DNA from: Mobula hypostoma
Lineage: Eukaryota
Assembly (NCBI RefSeq): GCF_963921235.1
Contig: NC_086108.1
Span: forward strand, 28,894,001-28,958,000
Direction: 5' to 3'
Length of the DNA stretch: 64,000 bases
Shown: positions 52,681 through 64,000 of the stretch, one piece after another
Layout of the letters: every line of letters begins with the position of its first letter
How positions within the stretch are numbered: position 1 is the first letter of the stretch
Notes under the pieces: generated by a model
Told to the model about the DNA's origin: nothing
Databases searched by the model: none
Seen by the model: the letters and a program-made list of their open reading frames with translations, nothing else
Program-made: the position numbers and the translations under genes

Positions 52681-52978
52681 TGTGCTACTTTTTAAATTAT
52701 TGTCAGGACTAACCAGCTCAATTGACTTATTTTTAAACAGTTATCAAGAAGTAACTATTGAGGGCAGTGGATTTCATCCCTTCATGTAGATTTAAAGAAA
52801 AGAAAAATTCCGTTGTCCCACCTTAGTCTGGCTGAAACAAAAGCCCATGGAAAGAGTGGCAAATTGAATCATTAATAACTGAAAAGTTATTATCTATGGG
52901 GTTCCTCACACTCAGTACTCAGAGTACTCAGTCTCTAGCTGTTAGCTGTTTCCTGTAGTGCGTATTAATGACTTAGAC

Positions 52979-55900
52979 AACATAGAAACATAGAAAATAG
53001 GTGCAGGAGTAGGCCGTTCGGCCCTTCGAGCCTGCACCGCCATTTATTATGATCATGGCTGATCATCCAACTCAGAGCCCCGCCCCAGCCTTCCCTCCAT
53101 ACCCCCTGACCCCTGTAGCCACAAGGGCCATATCTAACTCCCTCTTAAACATAGCCAATGAACTGGCCTCAACAGTTTGCTGTGGCAGAGAATTCCACAG
53201 ATTCACCACTCTCTGTGTGAAGAAGTTTTTCCTAATCTCGGTCCTAAAAGGCTTCCCCTCTATCCACAAACTGTGACCCCTCGTTCTGGACTTCCCCAAC
53301 ATCGGGAACAATCTTCCTGCATCTAGCCTGTCCAATCCCTTTAGGATCTTATACGTTTCAATCAGATCCCCCCTCAATCTTCTAAATTCCAACGAGTACA
53401 AGCCCAGATCATCCAGTCTTTCTTCATATGAAAGTCCTGCCATCCCAGGAATCAATCCAGTGAACCTTCTTGTACTCCCTCTATGGCAAAGATGTCTTTC
53501 CTCAGATTAGGGGACCAAAACTGCACACAATACTCCAGGTGTGGTCTCATCAAGGCCTTGTACAACTGCAGTAGTACCTCCCTGCTCCTGTACTCGAATC
53601 CTCTCGCTATAAATGCCAGCATACCATTCGCCTTTTTCACCGCCTGCTGTACCCGCATGCCCACTTTCAATGACTGGTGTATAATGACACCCAGGTCTCG
53701 TTGCACCTCCCCTTTTCCTAATCGGCCACCATTCAGATAATAATCTGTTTTCCTATTTTTGCCACCAAAGTGGATAACTTCACATTTATCCACATTAAAT
53801 TGCATCTGCCATGAGTTTGCCCACTCACCCAACCTATCCAAGTCACCCTGCATCCTCTTAGCATCCTCCTCACTGCTAACACTGCCGCCAAGCTTCGTGT
53901 CATCCGCAAACTTGGAGATGCTGCATTTAATTCCCTCATCCAAGTCATCAATATATATTGTAAACAACTGGGGTCCCAGCACTGAGCCTTGCGGTACCCC
54001 ACTAGTCACCGCCTGCCATTCTGAAAAGGTCCCGTTTATTCCCACTCTTTGCTTCCTGTCTGCTAACCAATTCTCCACCCACACCAATACCTTACCCCCA
54101 ATACCGTGTGCTTTAAGTTTGCACACTAATCTCCTATGTGGGACCTTGTCAAAAGCCTTTTGAAAATCCAAATATACCACATCCACTGGTTCTCCCCTAT
54201 CCACTCTACTAGTTACATCCTCAAAAAATTCTATGAGATTCGTCAGACATGATTTTCCTTTCACAAATCCATGCTGACTTTGTCCGATCATTTCTCCGCT
54301 TTCCAAATGTGCTGTTATCACATCCTTGATAACTGACTCCAGCAGTTTCCCCACCACTGACGTTAGGCTAACCGGTCTATAATTCCCCGGTTTCTCTCTC
54401 CCTCCTTTTTTAAAAATTGGGGTTACATTAGCCACCCTCCAATCCTCAGGAACTAGTCCAGAATCTAACGAGTTTTGAAAAATTATCACTAATGCATCCA
54501 CTATTTCTTGGGCTACCTCCTTAAGCACTCTAGGATGCCGACCATCTGGCCCTGGGGATTTATCTGCCTTCAATCCCTTCAATTTACCTAACACCACTTC
54601 CCTACTAACATGTATTTCACTCAGTTCCTCCATCTCACTGGACCCTCTGTCCCTTACTATTTCTGGAAGATTATTTATGTCCTCCTTAGTGAAGACAGAA
54701 CCAAAGTAATTATTCAATTGGTCTGCCATGTCCTTGCTCCCCATAATCAATTCACCTGTTTCTGTCTGCAGGGGACCTACATTTGTCTTTACCAGTCTTT
54801 TCCTTTTTACATATCTATAAAAGCTTTTACAGTCCGTTTTTATGTTCTCTGCCAGTTTTCTCTCATAATCTTTTTTCCCCTTCCTAATTAAGCCCTTTGT
54901 CCTCCTCTGCTGAACTCTGAATTCCTCCCAGTCCTCAGGTGAGCCACTTTCTCTGGCTAATTTGTATGCTACTTCTTTGGAATTGATACTATCCCTAATT
55001 TCTCTTGTCAGCCACGGGTGCACTACCTTCCTTGATTTATTCTTTTGCCAAACTGGGATGAACAATTGTTGTAGTTCATCCATGCAACCTATAAATGCTT
55101 GCCATTGCATATCCACCGTCAATCCTTTAAGTGTCATTTGCCAGTCTATCTTAGCTAATTCACGTCTCATACCTCCAAAGTTCCCCTTCTTTAAGTTCAG
55201 AACCTTTGTTTCTGAATTAACTATGTCACTCTCCATCTTAATGAAGAAGTCGACCATATTATGGTCACTCTTACCCAAGGGGCCTCTCACGACAAGATCG
55301 CTAATTAACCCTTCCTCATTGCTCAAAACCCAGTCCAGAATAGCCTGCTCTCTAGTTGGTTCCTCGACATGTTGGTTCAAAAAACCATCCCGCATACATT
55401 CCAAGAAATCCTCTTCCTCAGCACCTTTACCAATTTGGTTCACCCAGTCTACATGTAGATTGAAGTCACCCATTATAACTGCTGTTCCTTTATTGCACAC
55501 ATTTCTAATTTCCTGTTTAATACCATCTCCGACCTCACTACTACTGTTAGGTGGCCTGTACACAACTCCCACCAGCGTCTTCTGCCCCTTAGTGTTACGC
55601 AGCTCTACCCATATCGATTCCACATCTTCCCGGCTTATGTCCTTCCTTTCTATTGCGTTAATCTCTTCTTTAACCAACAACGCCACCCCACCTCCCCTTC
55701 CTTCATGTCTATCCCTCCTGAATATTGAATATCCCTGAACGTTGAGCTCCCATCCCTGGTCACCCTGGAGCCATGTCTCTGTGATCCCAACTATATCATA
55801 ATCATTAATAACAATCTGCACTTTCAATTCATCCACCTTATTACGAATGCTCCTTGCATTGACACATAAAGCCTTCAGGCGCTCTTTTACAACTCTCTTA

Positions 55901-56944
55901 GCCCTTGTACAATTATGTTGAAAAGCGGCCCTTTTTAATGCTTGCCCTGGATTTGTCGGCCTGCCACTTTTACTTTTCTCCTTTGTACTTTTTGCTTCTA
56001 CGCTCACTTTACACCCCTCTGTCTCTCTGCACTGGTTCCCATCCCTCTGTTGTGAACTAACCTCCTCACGGCTAGCCTCTTTAATTTGATTCCCACCCCC
56101 CAACCATTCTAGTTTAAAGTCACCTCAGTAGCCCCTGCTAATCTCCCCGCCAGGATATTGGTCCCCCTAGGATTCAAGTGTAACCCGTCCTTTTTGTACA
56201 GGTCACGCCTGCGCCAAAAGAGGTCCCAATGATCCAAAAACTTGAATCCCTGCCCCCTGCTCCAATCCCTCAGCCACGCATTTATCCTCCACCTCATCGC
56301 ATTCCTACTCTCACTGTTGCGTGGCACAGGCAGTAATCCCGAGATTACTACCTTTGCGGTCCTTTTTCTCAACTCCCTTCCTAGCTCCCTATATTCTCCT
56401 TTCAGGACCTCATCCCTTTTCCTACCTATGTCATTGGTACCTATATGTACCACGACCTCTGGCTCCTCACCCTCCCACTTCAGGATATCTTGGACATGAT
56501 CAGAAATATCCCGGACCCTGGCACCAGGGAGGCAAACTACCATCCGGGTCTCTGGACTGCGTCTACAGAATCGCCTATCTGACCCCCTTACTATCGAGTC
56601 CCCTATCACAACTGCCTTCCTCTTCCTTGCCCTACCCTTCTGAGCTACAGGGCCAGACTCTGTGCCAGAGGCACGGCCACTGTCGCTTCCCCCCGGGTAA
56701 GCTGTCCCCCCAACAGTACTCAAACAGGAGTACCTGTTGTTAAGGGGCACAGCCACCGGGGTACTCTCCATCACCTGACTTTTCCCCTTCCCCCTCCTAA
56801 CCGTGACCCACTTGTCTGCCTCCCGTGGCCCCGGCGTGACCACCTGCCTTCCACTCCTCTCTATCACCTCCTCGCTCTCCCTGACCAGACGAAGGTCATC
56901 GAGCTGCAGCTCCAGTTCCGTAACACGGTCCCTTAGGAGCTGCA
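52979..56944 (-). mobile_element. Young CR1 LINE of about 4 kb, truncated within ORF1
   Basis: Contiguous ORF1 and ORF2; (TTTCTATG)n 3' tail at 52979-52996; inserted into an older plus-strand CR1 RT remnant. Confidence 0.95.
53072..56103 (-). pseudogene. CR1 ORF2p (APE endonuclease plus reverse transcriptase) with a single 1-bp frameshift near 53470
   Basis: 883-aa ORF with NARS, ITETW, GDFN, SDH, QHGF, LDFQKAFD, GVPQGSVLGP and FADD, continuing in 53072..53455 (IPGMAGLSYEERL...). Confidence 0.92.
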
Positions 56945-56945
56945 T
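56109..56945 (-). CDS. CR1 ORF1p (coiled coil plus SGNH/GDSL esterase), 5' incomplete
   Basis: LRDRVTELELQLDDLR coiled coil; VIGDSIVR, CLPGAR, HIGTND and DGLH blocks of the SGNH fold. Confidence 0.9.
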   Translation of the reverse strand: MQLLRDRVTELELQLDDLRLVRESEEVIERSGRQVVTPGPREADKWVTVRRGKGKSQVMESTPVAVPLNNRYSCLSTVGGTAYPGGSDSGRASGTESGPVAQKGRARKRKAVVIGDSIVRGSDRRFCRRSPETRMVVCLPGARVRDISDHVQDILKWEGEEPEVVVHIGTNDIGRKRDEVLKGEYRELGRELRKRTAKVVISGLLPVPRNSESRNAMRWRINAWLRDWSRGQGFKFLDHWDLFWRRRDLYKKDGLHLNPRGTNILAGRLAGATEVTLN

Positions 56946-57814
56946 CAGTGAATGTCAACCATAAAAGACTTTTGCAAGTGATACTGAAATTGGCCATGTG
57001 GAGACAGTGAGGAGGAAAGCTTTACTGAAAAGTATTAAATGGATCTCAATTCAAAGAAGCAACGTACAAAATGCTGGAGGAACATCCATGCAGGGAAACC
57101 TTTCGGGTTGAGACCTGAAATCAGTTAAGTGTCTCATCCCAAAATGTTGACTGCCCATTTCCCTCACAAATGCTGCCTGACCCACTGAGTTCCTGCAGTA
57201 TTTCATGTGATGCGCCAGATTTCCAGCACCTGCAGACTCCTTGTGTCTTAAGGCGGAGGAGTAGGTGGGAATGCTTCTGGAGAGGTTCAAAGGTTCATTT
57301 ATTATCAAAGAGTACAACTCTGAAGTTCTTCAATTCTCTGGGTAGCCATGAAACCAAAAAGGAAAAGAAAGGCAGCACAATTATCAACCCCCAGATCCCA
57401 CCTTCCTGCAAAAAAAAACACGAATAAAAACGGAACAGGCACATCAACGCCCAAATTCCTCTCCCCACACAAAAAGAGAAATCAGACAAAAATCACAGAA
57501 TATAAAAACTGTAAGAATGAAAAATAAGAGCCTATAGTCCAAAGTCCATATCAAAATCGCAGAAAAAATCAGGACAATACTCTCCGGTATGTGGAACAAG
57601 GCTAGGGAATTCACATTAAGTGGGAGGATGTTAAGTTGTGTGGAAGGCAGGGGACTTTTAAATTTACATCAACAGATGCTTAGAGGAATAGTCAATAAGG
57701 TGGTAACAAAAGCAGACGAGATGGTTTCCTTTATAAGCCAAGGGAATGAATACATGAGTAGAAAGGTTAATATGCTACAACCGTATATAACACTGGTTTG
57801 CCCAAGGATCAAGT

Positions 57815-58108
57815 ACTTCTTCTTTTTCCTTAGACAGAACCTTGGGATTGAGAGGATTTGTTTCCACTCAGGTTTTGTAGGTTCCAAGGTCACAAGAAAG
57901 CCACTGTAGGAACAACAGTCTGTTCTACAGATGGAGGTGGGAGGTGCCCAACAAGGAGAGCAGGTGCGCAGCTTGTGAGACGGCTCACTCCTTCCACAAT
58001 GTATGCAGGGCACCTGTGTGCTTCTGATGCATGGCCTTGTATTTTTCAATTCCATCTCCAAAGCCTCTTCACCACTTTGTCTGGGGATCAATGGAGATGT
58101 TTTTTACT

Positions 58109-58146
<38 letters not shown>

Positions 58147-58800
58147 CGTCCCATACGATGATGATGGTTCCTTTCAGTAGGAAGGAACAGCGTGTGCGTG
58201 AATGGATTTTTAGGTGAGTAGGGGGTTGCACAGGTCCAGACCCACCCTCTCAACATTCCCTCCTGCATCCATGGTGGGGTCCCAGGGGAAGTTCTGTTGC
58301 AGTGAATGGCCAGACCAAGCTTCAATGCAAGGGATGCCCTTTCCACGCTTCACGGCACGTGTTTGCTAGATGGCCATTGACCCTACGAGAGGGTTCATCT
58401 AGCCTTTGACGGGTCTTGTTTTTCTTCTTGCAGGGTGTCTAGCCACTCTCCTCATCAGGCAAGCCTGGTGGGGGAGCCGGCTTAGTCACCGACCACTCGA
58501 CCATGCGACAGGTAGTACTGGGTTACATGGTACCAGTAGCACTCAGACCAGTGACCTGACAGAAGCTTTGAATACATCCTTGAATCTTTTCCTCCTTCTG
58601 CATGGCAATGTCTTTCCATGTCAGAGATCATGGAGTATCTATTTCCAGAGTACTGTGTGCAATGTCAAAACAATGTGGCCTACCCAATGTAGTCTGCAGA
58701 ATATAACGAGGGCCTCAATATAGGGGAATTATTGGCCACTGCCATGGATATGCTTTTCATTCCAGTGAAGTTAGAGAGTTTAACAGATAGTGTTGGTGGG
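57815..58800 (-). mobile_element. Probable RTE-related fragments and a (TC)n-tailed non-autonomous element
   Basis: Minus-strand WVGHIV and KRFKDVFKAS-like scraps near 58560-58690; (tc)n at 58113-58140. Confidence 0.4.
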
Positions 58801-58984
58801 TGTATAAGCACGAGTACATTTATCGTCACCATGTTACAATTTGACTGAGTTAAAGGGTACAGAGGAGTTTACTCAGACATTGCCAAAAGAATGGCTGGAT
58901 AAGTTGGGGCTACCTTCTTTGGAGCAGAGGGGACATAACTAAGATGAAGATAATTTAAAAATTAGCACCTCGAGCTCTGACTGC

Positions 58985-59290
58985 CACAAAGGGACGGATC
59001 TCCTGGTGGCTACCCGTTTCAATTCAACTTCCCATTCTGACTTGTCTGTCCATGGCCATCTCTAATGCCACAATCAGACTAAGCTCAGGTTGGAGAAGAA
59101 ACACCTCATATTCTGACTGTGTAGCCTCCAATCTGATGGCACAAGCATTGACTTCTCTTAACTTCTGGTAATCACTCCCCCCCCCCCCTTCTTTTTCCAT
59201 TCCCCATTCTGGTTGCCTCCTCACCCTTTCTCTTCTCTTTACCTGCCCATCACTTCCCTCTGGTGCCACTCCTCCAGTGGCCCCCTACTC
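58985..59290 (+). mobile_element. Older Penelope (family 1) GIY-YIG C-terminal fragment
   Basis: ctcaggttggagaagaaacacctcatattc...gcctccaatctgatggc parallels 5511-5570. Confidence 0.7.
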
Positions 59291-61428
59291 TCTCCTGTAC
59301 TGGAGATATTACGGTAGCAACTCTGAAGAGATTCCCAATCATTGTCCATCATCAATTAGTCAAATTTCATCCCGTCAGTACATCAGTGTAATTACCAACA
59401 CCCTGGCAAAGCTGGATGCAATCTCAGGTGCGCGTAGATGGTCCTCCTGTCAAGGAGGGTGAGGGAGGGGAGGTGTGCTGTTGTTGATTCCACAGTGGAG
59501 TTCAGTCAGGTAAGCTCTTTAGCCGAACAGGCCAAGAACTTGGAAAAGAGAGATACGGAAGAACTTTGGCAAGAGAGATTGACAGGGCATCTTTAAAATC
59601 CTAAAACGTTTTCAAAATGATCAAAATGAAATGCTCCCTACAAGAAGAATAATTTGATCACAGAGCTTTCAATCTGTCTTTTTAATTTTCTTTTTAACCA
59701 GCAGTGATTCTCAAAATATGAACTGGGATCTTTAAAAGATTTTACAGGTGATCAGTATAGCTACAAGGGCTGAGAGGTGTCTCTGAACTCACTGCCTTGG
59801 TGCCTTGGCCATGTCAATGAAAGAAAGCTAGACAAATGGTTCTTCACACAGTGTGGATCATTTTGGCAGGACTTTCTTCCGAGTTACATTTTTCAGTAAA
59901 AGACATTTCCCTCTAGCAAAAAACAAAATGCTACAGGAACTCAGTGGTTCAAGCAGATTGATCCAGGTGTAGGGCCTCCACCCAGAACTTTGAATGTCCA
60001 CTTCCTTCCACAGATGCTGCCTGACCTGTTGAGCTCCTCCAGCATTTTGCTTTCAGCTCCAGATTCTAGCATCTGCAGTCACTTGTCTCCAGTGGTTTTG
60101 CCACATACATTTAAAAAGGAAACCTCTTTCTACAAATAACATACAATAAGAATTGCTAAAGAAAAGAGTAGGAATATGTGGTAATACTTTGTACTTGCTT
60201 CGTTATTTCATAATTTATTGACTATACTTTACCTCAAATATGCTTTTCCACCACATTCCTCCATCTGTGTCTCACCCAACCCAAAGATTCCATTGTTATG
60301 CTTGACTGTACACATTTACTGCTCATCCACAACTCTCTGGATACATTTTCAAAGCGTACAGCACACTGAGTGAAGACAATTCTAATCTTCCCCAAATAGC
60401 TAACCGCTACCTGTGAAGCACTCTGGTCAATGACTCCCCCTGTTAAGGCATGCCACAGGGACATTTATGATTAATTATTGCAGAGAAAATATCCTTCAAA
60501 AGATACTTGCCTTGCAATTATCAGGAAACACCCAATTTCTTTGTTTAAGCCACTCGTGTCATGCCACCATATCACAGAGTCGGGAATGGAACTATCGGCA
60601 TCCAGAGCTCCATTTATCGCCATTCTTCTTTCCTGTCTCAATGAGGACAGCCCATGTCCTTGGTCTACATAAGCATAGCGATTTGCAGTGCATAAACATG
60701 TTATATAACAGATGCATTTCAGAGCAGATTAAAGAACACCCACATCCAGCTTCCAGTCAGTTACAGCTCAGCTGATGGCACTCTCACCTGTTTCAAATGG
60801 TCGATGGCTCAAACCTCACTGGGGAATCTGGAGTAGAAAGCAGAGGCTCATAGCTCTGTGCAATAATGAAGGCTAAAAGCTGCCTCTTCTAGACACAACA
60901 TTAATCCTTTGGCTTCTTAAATAGGCGGACTGTGCACCAATGTACTAGCAAGCAGCAGGTATCTCCCAATGCACAGAAATACTAGAAGTACGGCAGATCA
61001 GGCAGCATCTCTGGAGGGAAATGAGCACTCGACATTTTGGGCAAGCTTTTTTCCTCCCTTTCCCAGTTTTGATGAAAAGTGCAGACCCAAGATGTTATGT
61101 GCCTTTTCCCCCCATAGATGCTGCCAGACATACTGGATATTTCCAGTAATTTGTTATTTATAACTATGCATCTTAACCAAAATTAAGAAAGCTGATTACC
61201 TGGTTATAAACACAAGGTTGGTGCAACTCTGGTGAATGCAGTGGACGCGTTTTAACACTGTTAGCAACTCGATCACTATAAAGTGCTTTGAAATGTTCCA
61301 AAAGGGGCAAAAATACACTTTTCTCCCTACATTAAGGCATCATCCACTTCCTCATGATTCTACCAAACTATACTTCAGCAAAAATTAGATCAGTGTTTCA
61401 ACCGAGAAATAGTACGCTAAACAAGTTC

Positions 61429-61650
61429 AAACAAGAGAAAATCTGCAGATGCTGGAAACCCAAGCAACACACACAAAATGCTGGAGGAACTCAGCAGGCC
61501 AGGCAGCATCTATAGAAAAAAAGAGTACAGTCAACGTTTCGGGCCGAGATCCACCTGCTGAAGGGTCTCGGCCCAAAATATCGACTGTACTCTTTTCCAT
61601 TGACGCTGCCTGGCCTGCTGAGTTCCTCCAGCATTTTGTGAGTGTGTTAT
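61429..61650 (-). mobile_element. Penelope-derived fold-back element with mutated hammerhead halves
   Basis: Near-palindromic; TSD aaacaagttc at 61419-28 and 61654-63. Confidence 0.8.
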
Positions 61651-61926
61651 ACAAAACAAGTTCCCTCAGTTATAACTTGATCACCAGTCAATTATCAGAA
61701 CATTCAAGGATATACATACCCAACTCTAACATTAAGCAAAATTCTTTGTCAAAGCATTTCTCTTTTTCACTCATAGGTAAACATTTGAAAAAACTATTTT
61801 CCTTTAAGGTGCAATGGCAGGAGAAAGTATTTCAGCATTTGGTTTAAGTTTGCACTTTGATTGTTTCAGTTCAGGGAGAAGCTTCCTGGCTATTGTAGCA
61901 GCTAGGAGTCCACTTTCAGTAAGAGT

Positions 61927-62384
61927 CCACTCCAGCATCTTACATAACTCCCAAAGGAAGCTCAGTAACAATGGATGGAAAATAGGTTTATTGTTACAGT
62001 TAAGGAATTTAATTTACAGCACTACTTAGTTCTCCATCTTTCTGCAACTGGACTCATGGTCTGTTACTCATGTTTCATCCACGTTGGTGTGCTAGAACTG
62101 ATATACAGGCCTGAGGGTTAGGAGAGGAAAAAGAAAACTATTCAGGATCAGCTTTGGCAACTGTTACATATTAAAACTCTTGGCAGGAACAGTCTAATAT
62201 CTTGCTGGGTGTTGAGGGAAATGCATCAATGTCAAACTGGCAAACAAATGGTGACCAATTCCATTGGTCTAGACCAGCCACTCCACCATATTAAATAACT
62301 CCCAAAGGAAGCACACTAAAAACTGATGGAAAATAGGCAATTTGCAGCCCTACTTAGCTTTCCCCTCAAAGCAGTGATGGTCTG
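61927..62384. repeat. Diverged local duplication (61927-62062 and 62278-62384), family unassigned
   Basis: Shared exact blocks ataactcccaaaggaagc, gatggaaaatagg, ctacttag and atggtctg; offset about 351 bp. Confidence 0.8.
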
Positions 62385-62554
62385 CAAGACAACAATAATT
62401 GCCCTCCAATAAATACATTCTTAAATGAACTGTGAACAAAGGACACATGAAATTCTTCCACGCTTGCAAAAGATGCAATGAAGTGGCTTTGCGAGGACTT
62501 AAAAGTAGTTTTGTGCGAGACAGCAAGGGAGCAAATCCCCGATGACATGCGTCA

Positions 62555-63342
62555 CGAGTAAAGCCCTCCCCATCACTGAGCACAACGATCTCAAACGCTG
62601 TCGCAGGAAAGCAGCATCGATCGTCAGGGACTCCCATCACCCAGGACATGCTCCCTTCTTGCTGCTATCATCAGGAACATGGTACAGGAAACTCAGGACT
62701 CACACCACCAGGTTCAGGGTCGGTTCCTACCCTTTAACCATCAGGCTCTTGAAGCAAAGGGGATAACTTCACTTGCCCCATCAGTGAAATGTTCTCACAA
62801 CATATGGACTCACTTTCAAGGACTCAATATATGCTCTCAATATTTATTGTTTATTTATTATTACTTTATTTTCCTACTTGCAGTTTGTTGTCTTTTGCAC
62901 ACTAGCTGATTGCCCAAGTTGGTGCAGTCCTTCGTTTGTTCTGCTATGGTTATTATTCTAAGGATTTATTGAGTATGCCTGCAAGACAATGAACCTCAGG
63001 GTTGTACATGGTGACATTTTTTAACTTTATGTATTTACTATATAGCATGAAATAGGTCCTTCTAGCCCTTCAAGCCACACAGCCTAGCAATATCCCAATT
63101 TAACCCTCGCCTAATCACGGGACAATTGACAATGTCCAACTAACCTACCAACCGGTACGTCTTTGGACTGGGGGAGGAAACCCGAGCACCTGAAGGAAAC
63201 CACACAGTCACGGGGAGAGTGTACAAACTCCTTACAAGCAGCAGCACGAGTTAAACTCAGGTCATCCACACTGTAAAGCTTTGTGCTAACCATATGCTAC
63301 CGTGCCACCCATATAAGTAACTTGGTATAAACTTACTTTGAA
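62555..63342 (+). mobile_element. Rex1/Babar-type 3' end with a V-SINE (about 63019-63309, minus) inserted in its tail
   Basis: LLSSGTWYRKLRTHTTRFRVGSYPLTIRLL; tail split as ggtgacat | SINE | catataagtaacttggtataaacttactttgaa. Confidence 0.75.
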
Positions 63343-64000
63343 TGCCTAACTGTTAGGTTTTTAGATGCAAAGTAGTCACCAGGGACAATACCATAGTAGT
63401 CTCCTGTCACGTTGAGAACTCCTGGCTGGTGTGCCCAAGGGCAGCAGTGAGGTAATGGAAGGTGGCACACAAGGCTATCAGAGGAGTCTGCAGTGGAGAC
63501 GAAGGACTTCAAGTCACTTGTAAACATCGTAGAGCTCATCTCCTTACAGGCAAGCTTTGTTTGAAGCTCGCATCCTTCCTTAAATACATGAATATTTCCT
63601 CTCGAACACTGAAGCCATGACATCACAGGTATTGTACACTGACTGGCGCCCTGTGCATGAAAACACACACAACTCAACTTGCCAAATTTGCTCAGACATT
63701 AGGTTAGGCAACTTGCATAAAGTAAATGCAACTTTTAATGCTACACAAATGACAATATTAACCCTAAACATCAGCCACCTCATCAACCAGAGAGGAACTC
63801 ACCACCTGGGGTCCACAGCCCCTTGCTTTACGGTATTGGTCCTTGGCTTAAAAAAGGTTGAGAACCCGTATTAAGAAATGGGAAGTAACCGTGTTGTGAA
63901 GATGCGGGAATCTATTGGTATTGATTTAGTATTGTCAAGTGCACTGAAATACAGTGAAAAGCTTGTCTTGCAGAGTGTTCATACAGAACAAATTATTACA

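Noticed and set aside
54962..55738. 258-aa plus-strand ORF
   Set aside because: Antisense shadow of CR1 ORF2.
20857..61650. Fold-back elements as pre-miRNAs, CRISPR repeats or DNA MITEs
   Set aside because: Their sequence is the Penelope pLTR end, they have roughly 10-14-bp TSDs and asymmetric ends, and they are dispersed rather than arrayed with spacers.
62050..62381. The duplicated element as mutually exclusive coding exons
   Set aside because: Donors are weak (TAA|GTAG), there is no recognisable shared peptide, and most of the similarity would fall in the introns.

Overview
This is vertebrate genomic DNA, about two-thirds interspersed repeats by eye. The repeat mix (abundant CR1, V-SINE/HE1-like SINEs, Rex1/Babar, RTE, Penelope-like, Tc1, Tigger, hAT) suggests a cartilaginous fish, which is my inference. 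The only host gene I recognise is a minus-strand C1orf21 orthologue. Its first coding exon is at 14153-14332 (CDS 14246->14153, MGCASAKHVSTVQNEEEAQKGKNYQNGDVIG). Positions 1-14152 are therefore probably the next intron, and everything above 14332 is upstream intron or 5' region. Notable structures: (1) a family of Penelope-like insertions and tiny fold-back derivatives with roughly 10-14-bp TSDs, a one-sided 30-40-nt tail and minimal type-I hammerhead ribozyme motifs; (2) a young, nearly intact CR1 with one frameshift; (3) a three-layer nested DNA transposon; (4) three unrelated elements inserted at the same spot of one LINE 3' tail; (5) an unassigned locally duplicated 110-145-nt element whose two copies share predicted helices. 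All calls were made by eye without database searches. Coordinates of old repeats are approximate.
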